The notes: a model not told the origin generated them from the letters alone. A stretch of 35,620 nt of DNA from an uncultured Ruminococcus sp. (GCA_902796675.1 CADBQA010000073.1:1-35620), one strand, 5' to 3'; counted from the first letter of the stretch, positions 24,940-32,863 are shown. Program-made: numbers and translations.

Positions 24940-25786
24940 TCATTTCTATTGATCTCAATGGAATCAAACTGCAAAGATCAGGCGAATAGTCTGCCGAACC
25001 GTTTGGATTAGATAAAAGAAACATATCATAGTTTTCAAATTCTCCCCCGAAAGGCGCATAGAATAAAAGCGATGTCTTTATTGAGTCCCCGGGATTGAGT
25101 GAATCCTTAAAATATACATGGGTGTCGAGGCCCGGTTGATAAGTGCAATATAGCAAAGAGCATCCGTATACAGTCATATTATTGTTAATAAGCCATACGT
25201 AAAAACCATTTACAGGCAAATCGAGTATTATCTCTTCAGAATCATTATCTATTTCGACGTCAATCAACAAGTATTTATAATTGTCAACCATATCCGATTC
25301 AACCGGTTGAAGCATCAATGCTTTATCTCCTTCGAGTTCAGGGCATCTGTCATAATACTTTGCGCCGGTTATCCTGTAAGCAATTTGAATGCCTCTTATA
25401 TTCATCCAATTCATTGAAGTGTCATTTGACTTGTCACGCTGATAAATATATTCAATATTGGATAGTTTCTGTTTTGAAAATTCGGCGTATATACTATGTT
25501 CCGCTTCCTTAGTGGATTTTTGATAATACTCGTTATAAGGATCAGACACGGGAGAAGAGTTTTGTTTTTTATCATCAGTATCGGATGTTTTTTGGGGTTT
25601 ATCAACTATTCTTTTTGTTTCAGCGTCTTTATTCGATCCGTTTTTTTCTTCCGTCAACTCTCTTCCGGCGTTTTCGATTTCTTGCTCAAATTTATAATAA
25701 TTTGCTTTAAGAATCGGAATTAAAAACCTTGCAGCAAAAACTGCCATTATAATTAGAAGTATAGCGAATATTAGCTTAGTTTTCAT
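24914..25786 (-). CDS. Membrane-anchored protein with a low-complexity linker and a DUF4352-like beta-sandwich pattern
   Basis: Anchor LIFAILLIIMAVFAARFLIPIL, a charged K/D/E/S linker, then YLLIDVEIDNDSEE...LNPGDSIKTSLLFYAPFG. Confidence 0.75.
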   Translation of the reverse strand: MKTKLIFAILLIIMAVFAARFLIPILKANYYKFEQEIENAGRELTEEKNGSNKDAETKRIVDKPQKTSDTDDKKQNSSPVSDPYNEYYQKSTKEAEHSIYAEFSKQKLSNIEYIYQRDKSNDTSMNWMNIRGIQIAYRITGAKYYDRCPELEGDKALMLQPVESDMVDNYKYLLIDVEIDNDSEEIILDLPVNGFYVWLINNNMTVYGCSLLYCTYQPGLDTHVYFKDSLNPGDSIKTSLLFYAPFGGEFENYDMFLLSNPNGSADYSPDLCSLIPLRSIEMSECYETIN

Positions 25787-25824
25787 TTTTTCTATAGTTT
25801 TTAAGTAAAATCTTGATTTTTAAT

Positions 25825-25850
25825 TCGCCGGCGGTTTTTGCCGCCGGCGA
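25825..25850 (-). terminator. GC-rich hairpin, possible internal terminator or attenuator
   Basis: TCGCCGGCGG-TTTTTG-CCGCCGGCGA lies 5 nt after the stop at 25856. There is no clear U-tract on the minus strand. Confidence 0.45.
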
Positions 25851-25855
25851 AACAG

Positions 25856-26314
25856 TTATTGAATGAAATCGGACTCTGGCAGCACTCCGTATTCATATAC
25901 ACTATCAGGGCTCCACAACCCTGAAGCGACGCCGTTTGTTGAACAAGAAGCGCCGATGCAAAGATACGGGTAACCCCATTCGTATGCATAATTGTACATA
26001 AACCGTCTTTCGTGTGCTAATGTAAATGAATAATGATATCCGGCAGACACATCATCTGCGACCGGTCCTTCTTCTTGAGGCATACCGAGTGCTTGTGCAG
26101 TGTATGAGATAGACCCGGAATTATAATTCATGTAACAACTGGAAGAGTCAGTTTTTGCTCGTGCAACCGTTATCGCGGAATTATTTGAAAAAGAATAGTT
26201 ATAAGCAGTATCAATGTTGTTAGCTGCGTATACAACCAAAATCATTGACACTAAGAACATAACTGTAAACATAAGAGCAATTGTCTTTTTTACGATAATC
26301 TTTTCTGTTTTCAT
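25856..26314 (-). CDS. Small secreted protein (hypothetical)
   Basis: Signal peptide KKTIALMFTVMFLVSMILVVYA|ANN. The mature part is about 122 aa, rich in Tyr/Ser/Asn, with 3 Cys. The RBS is GGAAAAGAGGAAAAGAGGAAA directly before the ATG. Confidence 0.75.
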   Translation of the reverse strand: MKTEKIIVKKTIALMFTVMFLVSMILVVYAANNIDTAYNYSFSNNSAITVARAKTDSSSCYMNYNSGSISYTAQALGMPQEEGPVADDVSAGYHYSFTLAHERRFMYNYAYEWGYPYLCIGASCSTNGVASGLWSPDSVYEYGVLPESDFIQ

Positions 26315-26400
26315 TTTCCTCTTTTCCTCTTTTCCTTTATAATATTTTTTGTAGAATGGTAAATAATATCTTTACTAAACCATTGGAATCACCCCCGTTA

Positions 26401-27468
26401 TCAATTAGTTATATGATTTTTTACGTCGATCAATCTTCCGTCGAAGTAAATTGCGTCGACGCTCTCCGGGTCGATCACAGTCGCCGAGAGCCATTGTATC
26501 AGCGAGTAGTCCTCATTTGGCATGGTGCCGCCTCCGGTCTTGCTGCCGAGCGGTATTTTTTCATCGCCGCAAATCAAATACGCATCAGCCATTAGCGGCT
26601 GAAGTTCATAAACCGGTCCTCTGAGCGTCCAGTCGCACCATAGTGTGACGGAAGTCGCGGTGATCTGTCCGTATTTGAATACCATTCCGCCGTCCAATAT
26701 CGAAAAATCATCTATATCGAATGAAACCGTGTTGTCAATTATATCGAGCTTTATTTGCACCGGTTCATCAAAAGCCGCGAAAGACTCGTCATAAGAGCCG
26801 ATATATCTGTCAAGCGGTTTATCTTTATATTCGTCAAGGCTATGTGTTACGGTCATTTCGCCGAGATATAACTTTGCGGTTTTACCAAGGTATTTTCTGT
26901 TTATCTCGTTGAACATGAAGATGCATTCAAGATGATAACAGCAGTCGTTCGTGTCGTTGAGCATTATATATCCCGGAAGTTCCATTATGTGACCGTCTTC
27001 AAATTCAAGCCGATTTCCTGTGAAATCACATCGCGATATGTATCTGCCTTCCTCCGCTTCGGCTATAACGCCGCCGTCGCTTCTCATAATGGAAACCTCT
27101 ATATATCCTCTTTGGGCATCGCCTGCAAAGCCGTTTACGGTGAAAATCAGCTTTCCCTCTTCATCTGTGCTCATATTATTATCGGTATCGACGCTGTTAT
27201 TGGGTAAAAGCGAAAAATCAACATGCGGATCATTGTCGGTAAAGTAAAACAAATGCCGTGCGAGCGCAAAGCCCGAGACCGCCGCTCCTGCTAAAAGGGC
27301 TAAGACTATAGCTATTGCAAGTGTTCGTTTTAGTCCGGGTATCATCCTTTTTTCGCGATAACGGTCCTCCACCGCTTCGATACACGCGTTTGTTATTCTG
27401 CGTTTCATGGCGTCTCCCATCTCAATCTTATTTATTGCGGTGGAAATTGCGTCAAATATGTCATCCAT
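26401..27468 (-). CDS. Putative anti-sigma factor (single-pass membrane protein)
   Basis: Its start overlaps the sigma stop by 8 nt (ATGGATGA). It has a cytoplasmic N-terminus of about 50 aa, TM segment LAIAIVLALLAGAAVSGFALA, and a large extracytoplasmic domain. There is no HxxxCxxC zinc motif. Confidence 0.65.
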   Translation of the reverse strand: MDDIFDAISTAINKIEMGDAMKRRITNACIEAVEDRYREKRMIPGLKRTLAIAIVLALLAGAAVSGFALARHLFYFTDNDPHVDFSLLPNNSVDTDNNMSTDEEGKLIFTVNGFAGDAQRGYIEVSIMRSDGGVIAEAEEGRYISRCDFTGNRLEFEDGHIMELPGYIMLNDTNDCCYHLECIFMFNEINRKYLGKTAKLYLGEMTVTHSLDEYKDKPLDRYIGSYDESFAAFDEPVQIKLDIIDNTVSFDIDDFSILDGGMVFKYGQITATSVTLWCDWTLRGPVYELQPLMADAYLICGDEKIPLGSKTGGGTMPNEDYSLIQWLSATVIDPESVDAIYFDGRLIDVKNHITN

Positions 27469-27970
27469 TGTGCCTCTCCTCTAGCTTTTCTTTCAATAAT
27501 TCCCTGCCCTTTTTGAGACGCATCTTTACTGCGGAATCGGTTTTTCCGATTATCTTTGCAATTTCTGCGGACTTATATCCTTCCACGTAATGAAGGTAAA
27601 GAACGGTTTTATACTTGTCCGGCAGGCTCATCAAAGCGTCGGTCACGTATGTATAATCTTCTTCCCGAGACTGCTCAGCTACAGTTTCAACGTCAATAAA
27701 GTTATGGCTTTTCCGGGTTTTTGAAATATCGCGGCTTTTGTTTGTGGCGACTTTGATAAGCCAGGCTTTTTTATGTTCTTCAGAAACAAAATCTGGAGCT
27801 TTTTGAAAGAATTTGATAAAAGTTTCTTGAACTGCGTCCTCGGCATCAAACCTGCTTTTCAGAATTATGTAACATATCCGGAACAACATATCGCCGTAAA
27901 CGTCGATTGTGCGTTCGATATCAGAGGAGATGTATTGCTTCTTGTTATTCGTAAGCTCCACCCCTTTCAA
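27461..27970 (-). CDS. ECF-type sigma-70 family RNA polymerase sigma factor
   Basis: Region 2 reads DAEDAVQETFIKFF. Region 4 HTH reads LPDKYKTVLYLHYVEGYKSAEIAKIIGKTDSAVKMRLKKGR. The track start codon is TTG. Confidence 0.88.
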   Translation of the reverse strand: MKGVELTNNKKQYISSDIERTIDVYGDMLFRICYIILKSRFDAEDAVQETFIKFFQKAPDFVSEEHKKAWLIKVATNKSRDISKTRKSHNFIDVETVAEQSREEDYTYVTDALMSLPDKYKTVLYLHYVEGYKSAEIAKIIGKTDSAVKMRLKKGRELLKEKLEERHNG

Positions 27971-28035
27971 TAATAAAACGATTCAAAATGCAGAAAAGTC
28001 AATTTTTGATAAAAATATTTTAATTTCGATATATT

Positions 28036-28070
28036 AAAAAGCAGACTGACGAGTATTATCAGCCTGCTTT
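28036..28070 (-). terminator. Rho-independent terminator of the Rrf2 gene
   Basis: On the minus strand: AAGCAGGCTGA ... TCAGTCTGCTT hairpin with one mismatch, followed by TTTTTAATAT. Confidence 0.7.
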
Positions 28071-28106
28071 GTCGGACATGATCGTTTTTAATATTTGTTT
28101 GATATT

Positions 28107-28502
28107 TCACATAATGTCGGACAGTTTTTTTGATTTCAGAAAGTCGTGCGTTATCGCGTCGAGCTGTTCCCATATCGGGAGCGATTTGCACTCGGCGGCT
28201 CTCGGGCAGGGCTCGGCGTCGGGACCGAGGCAGGCGACGGTGACGACGGGCCCCTCCGACGCTTCGATTATCTCGAGCGCGGTGTACTCCTCCGGCGCCT
28301 TCGTGAGGTGATATCCTCCGCCCTTTCCGCTCGAGCCCTTTACAAGCCCGGCGCGGACGAGGTCTTTCACGATGATTTCAAGGTATTTTTTCGATATGTC
28401 CTGTCTCTCTGCGATATCTTTGAGCGGTATCGCCGCGCACTCGCGGTGATCCGCGAGGTCTATCATTACGCGCAGCGCGTAGCGTCCTTTTGTCGAGATC
28501 AT
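28107..28502 (-). CDS. Rrf2-family transcriptional regulator (IscR/CymR-like)
   Basis: MISTKGRYALRVMIDLA N-terminal wHTH. Three clustered Cys (CLGPDAEPCPRAAEC) are consistent with Fe-S ligation. Confidence 0.92.
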   Translation of the reverse strand: MISTKGRYALRVMIDLADHRECAAIPLKDIAERQDISKKYLEIIVKDLVRAGLVKGSSGKGGGYHLTKAPEEYTALEIIEASEGPVVTVACLGPDAEPCPRAAECKSLPIWEQLDAITHDFLKSKKLSDIM

Positions 28503-28527
28503 ACAGCACCTCCGTCGTCATTCTTTT

Positions 28528-28556
28528 TACCTATTATACCACAAGGTAAATAGGTA
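28528..28556. promoter_or_regulatory. Candidate Rrf2 operator 1
   Basis: TACCTATT-N13-AATAGGTA, a perfect 8-nt inverted repeat next to the Rrf2 gene start. Confidence 0.45.
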
Positions 28557-28589
28557 AATCAAGAGGGCGGAGAAGTTTTTTATACAAAT

Positions 28590-28624
28590 TACCTATTGAC
28601 ATAGTAGGCGAATAGGAGTATAAT
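28590..28624 (+). promoter_or_regulatory. nifS promoter overlapped by candidate Rrf2 operator 2
   Basis: TACCTATT (28590-97)-N13-AATAGGAG (28611-18). TTGACA (28596-28601), 17-nt spacer, TATAAT (28619-24). Confidence 0.55.
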
Positions 28625-28646
28625 TCAGACAACAGGAGGGACAGCG

Positions 28647-29831
28647 ATGAAAATTTACGCGGACAACGCAGCTACAACGAAGATGAGCCGTCGCGCCGTC
28701 GACGCGATGATGCCTTATATATATGATATTTACGGAAATCCCTCGAGCCTCTATTCGGAAGGGCAGAGGGCTAAGGAGGCGCTCGAGGAGGCGAGGCGGC
28801 GCGTCGCTCTCGCGATTGGCGCCGAGGCGAAAGAGATAATATTCACGTCCGGCGGGAGCGAGGCGGACAATCAGGCGATAACGTCTGCCGCCGTCGGCGC
28901 GAGAAAGAATAAAAGGCACATAGTTACAACGGCGATAGAGCATCACGCGGTGCTTCACACGCTGGAGAGGCTTGAAAAAGAAGGGTTTGAGGTGACCCGT
29001 GTCGGAGTGGGGGAGGACGGCGTCGTCGACGCTCGCGACGTCGCCTCCGCGCTCCGCGACGACACCTGTCTTGTGACGGTGATGTACGCGAACAACGAGA
29101 TAGGCACGCTTCAGCCGGTAAAGGAGATCGGACGTATCTGCCGTGAGCGCGGCGTGCCGTTCCACACGGACGCGGTGCAGGCTGTCGGGCATATTCCCGT
29201 CAACGTCTCGGACGACAACGTCGATATGCTCTCGGCGTCGGCGCACAAATTCCACGGACCGAAGGGCGTCGGCTTCCTTTACGCAAAGCGCGGAGTGAGG
29301 CTTCAAAACCTCATCGAGGGCGGCGCGCAGGAGCGCGGACGCCGCGCGGGCACCGAGAACGTAGCCGGAATCGTCGCGATGGCGGAGGCGCTCGACGAAT
29401 CGATAGAGAATATGGCGCGCGACGCGTGCGCTCTGACGAGGGCGAGAGACAGAATGATCGCGGGACTCTCAAAGATCCCTCATTCGGCGCTGAACGGCGA
29501 CGCGGCTCGCCGCCTGCCCGGAAACGTCAACTTCTGTTTCGAGGGCATCGAGGGCGAGAGCCTTCTTCTTCTCCTCGACGACCGCGGTATCTCGGCGTCG
29601 TCCGGCTCCGCCTGTACGTCCGGGTCGCTCGACCCGAGCCACGTTCTCCTCGCGATAGGCAGGGTACACGACGTGGCGCACGGCTCGCTCCGTCTCACGC
29701 CGTCGCCCGACATCACGGATGACGAGATAGATTACGTCATAAAGTCGGTGACGGAGGTCGTCGCTTATCTCAGAAGCTTTTCGCCCGTCTGGCGCGACCT
29801 TGTGAACGGACAAAAACAGCATATACTGTAA
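28647..29831 (+). CDS. nifS: Cysteine desulfurase (NifS/IscS type)
   Basis: PLP-Lys motif SAHKFHGPKG and catalytic loop SSGSACTSGS. AGGAGGG SD upstream. Confidence 0.95.
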   Translation: MKIYADNAATTKMSRRAVDAMMPYIYDIYGNPSSLYSEGQRAKEALEEARRRVALAIGAEAKEIIFTSGGSEADNQAITSAAVGARKNKRHIVTTAIEHHAVLHTLERLEKEGFEVTRVGVGEDGVVDARDVASALRDDTCLVTVMYANNEIGTLQPVKEIGRICRERGVPFHTDAVQAVGHIPVNVSDDNVDMLSASAHKFHGPKGVGFLYAKRGVRLQNLIEGGAQERGRRAGTENVAGIVAMAEALDESIENMARDACALTRARDRMIAGLSKIPHSALNGDAARRLPGNVNFCFEGIEGESLLLLLDDRGISASSGSACTSGSLDPSHVLLAIGRVHDVAHGSLRLTPSPDITDDEIDYVIKSVTEVVAYLRSFSPVWRDLVNGQKQHIL

Positions 29832-29841
29832 GGAGGAAAAT

Positions 29842-30240
29842 ATGGCACTGTACAGCGAAAAAGTTATGGATCATTTCAGAAATCCGCGTAACGTCGGCGT
29901 TATCGAGAACGCGGACGGCGTCGGCGAGGTCGGCAACGCGAAATGCGGCGACATTATGAAGATGTATCTGAAGATAGAAAACGATATAATCGAGGACGTG
30001 AAGTTTGAGACCTTCGGCTGCGGAAGCGCCATCGCTTCGAGCTCCATGGCGACGGAACTCATAAAAGGTCGTCCGGTGTCCGAAGCGGCGGCGCTGACGA
30101 ATAAAGCTGTCGCGGAAGCTCTCGACGGGCTTCCGGATTATAAAATGCACTGTTCGGTCCTCGCGGAGGAGGCGATACAGTCCGCGCTCGAGAACTACTA
30201 CGAGCGACACCCCGAAAAAAAGAAGGATAAAGAGGTATAA
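29842..30240 (+). CDS. nifU: Fe-S cluster assembly scaffold (NifU/IscU type)
   Basis: Cluster-ligand motifs NAKCGD, FGCGSAIASS and HCSVLAEEA. Confidence 0.93.
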   Translation: MALYSEKVMDHFRNPRNVGVIENADGVGEVGNAKCGDIMKMYLKIENDIIEDVKFETFGCGSAIASSSMATELIKGRPVSEAAALTNKAVAEALDGLPDYKMHCSVLAEEAIQSALENYYERHPEKKKDKEV

Positions 30241-30242
30241 AA

Positions 30243-31520
30243 ATGTCGGAATATAAATTTGAAACGCTTCAGCTTCACGTGGGTCAGGAAACGGCGGATC
30301 CGGCTACGGACTCCCGCGCGGTCCCGATATACCAGACGACAAGCTACGTCTTCCATAACTCCGCCCACGCGGCGGCGCGCTTCGGTCTTGCCGACCCCGG
30401 CAACATCTACGGAAGACTTACAAACTCGACCCAGGACGTCCTTGAGAAGAGGGTCGCGGCGCTTGAAGGCGGCGTCGCCGCGCTCGCGCTCGCGTCCGGA
30501 GCCGCCGCCATCACCTACACGGTAGAGGCGCTCGCGGCGTCAGGCGGCCACATAGTCGCGCAAAAGACGATTTACGGCGGAAGCTACAACCTTCTCGCCC
30601 ATACGCTCCCCCAGTACGGGATCGAAACGACTTTCGTCGACGTCCACGACCTTGATGAGGTGACATCGGCGATCAAGCCGAATACAAGAGCGATATTTAT
30701 CGAAACGCTCGGCAATCCGAACAGCGACATTCCCGATATCGACGCGCTCTCGGAGATAGCCCACTCGCACGGGATACCGCTCGTGATAGACAACACGTTC
30801 GGCACGCCGTACCTCATAAGACCCATCGAGCACGGCGCGGATATCGTCGTCCACTCGGCGACGAAATTCCTCGGCGGACACGGAACGACCCTCGGCGGCG
30901 TCATCGTTGACTCCGGTAAATTCAACTGGATTCCGGAAAAGTATCCGAATATAGCCGCTCCCAACCCGAGCTATCACGGCGTCGCCTTTACCGCGGCGGC
31001 GGGACCGGCGGCGTTCGTCACGTACATCCGCGCGATACTCCTTCGCGACACGGGAGCCGCTATCTCTCCGTTCAACGCGTTTCTCCTTCTTCAGGGGATC
31101 GAGACTCTCTCGCTCCGCCTCGAGCGGCACGCGGAGAACACGAAGAAGGTAGTGGAATATCTTGCGAACCACCCGAGGGTGGCAAAGGTCAATCATCCCT
31201 CGCTCCCGGATCACCCCCAGCACGCGCTCTACGAGAAATATTTTCCGAACGGCGGCGCGTCGATATTCACATTCGACATCAAAGGCGGACGCGACGAGGC
31301 GTGGAGATTTATAGATAACCTTAAGATTTTCTCGCTTCTCGCAAACGTGGCTGACGTCAAGAGCCTCGTTATCCACCCGGCGACGACGACCCACTCCCAG
31401 CTCTCTCATGAAGAACTCGAAGAACAGGACATCCACGACGGCACGATCCGTCTCTCCATCGGCACGGAACACATAGACGACATTATCGCGGACCTTGAGA
31501 ACGGTTTCGCATCGCTTTGA
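30243..31520 (+). CDS. metY: O-acetylhomoserine sulfhydrylase / aminocarboxypropyltransferase
   Basis: Cys/Met-metabolism PLP enzyme with the motif [12 protein letters not shown]. 425 aa. Confidence 0.9.
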   Translation: MSEYKFETLQLHVGQETADPATDSRAVPIYQTTSYVFHNSAHAAARFGLADPGNIYGRLTNSTQDVLEKRVAALEGGVAALALASGAAAITYTVEALAASGGHIVAQKTIYGGSYNLLAHTLPQYGIETTFVDVHDLDEVTSAIKPNTRAIFIETLGNPNSDIPDIDALSEIAHSHGIPLVIDNTFGTPYLIRPIEHGADIVVHSATKFLGGHGTTLGGVIVDSGKFNWIPEKYPNIAAPNPSYHGVAFTAAAGPAAFVTYIRAILLRDTGAAISPFNAFLLLQGIETLSLRLERHAENTKKVVEYLANHPRVAKVNHPSLPDHPQHALYEKYFPNGGASIFTFDIKGGRDEAWRFIDNLKIFSLLANVADVKSLVIHPATTTHSQLSHEELEEQDIHDGTIRLSIGTEHIDDIIADLENGFASL

Positions 31521-31536
31521 TGAAAGGAGAAAAACA

Positions 31537-32472
31537 ATGGCAAACGTATATAAAGGAACACTCGGACTCATAGGAAACACGCCGCTCGTGGAGGCGGTAA
31601 ACGTTGAAAAAGAGGTCGGCGCCGCTGCGAAGATCATCGTGAAGCTCGAATACTTCAATCCCGCCGGCTCCGTCAAGGACAGGATCGCGAAGGCGATGAT
31701 CGAGGACGCGGAGGAGAAGGGCGCTCTTAAAGAGGGCTCCGTCATAATCGAACCGACGTCCGGCAACACCGGCATCGGCCTTGCGGCGATCGCGGCGGCG
31801 AAGGGTTACAGGATCATTCTTACCATGCCCGAGACGATGAGCGTCGAGCGCCGCAACATCCTCTCGGCATACGGCGCCGAGATAGTCCTCACCGAGGGCG
31901 CGAAGGGAATGAAGGGCGCCATCGCGAAGGCGGAAGAGCTCGCCGCCGAGATCCCGAATTCCTTCATCCCCGGTCAGTTCGTAAACCCGGCAAACCCGGC
32001 GATACATAAGGCGACGACGGGTCCCGAGATCTGGCGCGACACGGACGGCGAGGTTGATATCTTCGTCGCGGGCGTCGGCACTGGCGGCACCGTAACGGGA
32101 GTCGGCGAATATCTCAAGGAGCAAAATCCGGCCGTGAAGGTCGTCGCAGTAGAGCCGGAGTCGTCCCCCGTCCTCTCCGAGGGCAGGAGCGGACCGCATA
32201 AGATACAGGGGATCGGCGCGGGATTCGTTCCGGACGTGCTGAACACCGCGATCTACGACGAGGTCTTCAAGGTCACGAACGAGGACGCTTTCAAGACCGC
32301 GAAACTTCTCGCCAAGCGCGAGGGCATCTCCGTCGGCATCTCGTCCGGCGCCGCGCTCTTCGCCGCGATCACGCTTGCAAAGAAACCCGAAAACGCGGGA
32401 AAGACGATAGTCGCGCTCCTTCCCGACAGCGGAGACAGATACTACTCCACGCCGCTGTTTACGGAACAGTAA
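31537..32472 (+). CDS. cysK: Cysteine synthase A (O-acetylserine sulfhydrylase)
   Basis: The ATG at 31537 (MANVYKG...) is preceded by an AAAGGAGA SD. Motifs [15 protein letters not shown] and GVGTGGT. Confidence 0.95.
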   Translation: MANVYKGTLGLIGNTPLVEAVNVEKEVGAAAKIIVKLEYFNPAGSVKDRIAKAMIEDAEEKGALKEGSVIIEPTSGNTGIGLAAIAAAKGYRIILTMPETMSVERRNILSAYGAEIVLTEGAKGMKGAIAKAEELAAEIPNSFIPGQFVNPANPAIHKATTGPEIWRDTDGEVDIFVAGVGTGGTVTGVGEYLKEQNPAVKVVAVEPESSPVLSEGRSGPHKIQGIGAGFVPDVLNTAIYDEVFKVTNEDAFKTAKLLAKREGISVGISSGAALFAAITLAKKPENAGKTIVALLPDSGDRYYSTPLFTEQ

Positions 32473-32491
32473 TATAAAAAGAAATGAAAAA

Positions 32492-32511
32492 GGGCGGGGA
32501 ACTCCCCGCCC
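32492..32511 (+). terminator. cysK terminator hairpin
   Basis: GGGCGGGG-AACT-CCCCGCCC. The T-tract is weak. Confidence 0.55.
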
Positions 32512-32522
32512 TGACGTTTATC

Positions 32523-32759
32523 TTCGAGCCCTTGCCTCATCTCCACCAAAAAAGGCAGCTGACGCCGTCAAAAAATGAATTGAGGGGGCTCGCTCGGCGC
32601 ACTACCGTGCGCCGACACGCCAACGGGAACCCCCGAAATCCGCGCGCGGATTTTGGGGAACCCCTATGTCGGCGAAAAACAGTCCCCCGGACTGTTTTTC
32701 TTCCGAAAACTCCTGCGGAGTTTTCTCCCTCCTTTTCGAGCCCTGACCTCATCTCCACA
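32523..32759. repeat. Hairpin-dense tRNA-Val trailer with duplicated fragments of the tRNA 3' end
   Basis: TTCGAGCCCTTGCCTCATCTCCACCA (32523-48) and TTCGAGCCCTGACCTCATCTCCACA (32735-59) mirror the tRNA 3' end on the opposite strand. GAGGGGGCTCG (32582-92) is a same-strand fragment. Hairpins lie at 32631-58, 32675-99 and 32705-25. Confidence 0.75.
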
Positions 32760-32786
32760 AAAAAAGACGGCATTAGCCGTCTTTTT
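32759..32786. terminator. Bidirectional terminator directly after tRNA-Val
   Basis: AAAAAAGACGGC-ATTA-GCCGTCTTTTTT. Confidence 0.8.
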
Positions 32787-32863
32787 TGGTGGAGATGAGG
32801 GGGCTCGAACCCATGACCTCTCGGATGTGAACCGAACGCTCTGACCAGCTGAGCTACACCTCC
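32787..32863 (-). tRNA. tRNA-Val (anticodon CAC)
   Basis: Folded by hand. Acceptor GGAGGTG/CATCTCC, D arm GCTC/GAGC, anticodon arm TTCGG-TTCACAT-CCGAG, T loop TTCGAGC with one U-C mismatch in the T stem, and an encoded CCA. Confidence 0.88.

Larger units (their letters stand above)
22013..28035. other. Compositionally foreign accessory block between two core-gene terminators
   Basis: My spot GC counts per 60 nt: 22561-22620 gives 18/60, 27661-27720 gives 27/60, 26461-26520 gives 34/60, and the flank 21541-21600 gives 34/60. Eight co-oriented minus-strand genes. No integrase or transposase. Confidence 0.7.

Noticed and set aside
28593-32199. Long minus-strand ORFs (28593..29306, 29770..30210, 30540..31775, 31483..32199) across the nifS-cysK operon
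   Set aside because: All are antisense to genes with unambiguous catalytic motifs. Their composition is Arg-rich and motif-free.
32523-32810. Invertible (phase-variable) segment bounded by the inverted tRNA-3'-end-like repeats
   Set aside because: There is no recombinase nearby, no promoter within the segment that I can identify, and the repeats are imperfect (3-nt insertions). This is kept only as a remote possibility under the tRNA-Val finding.
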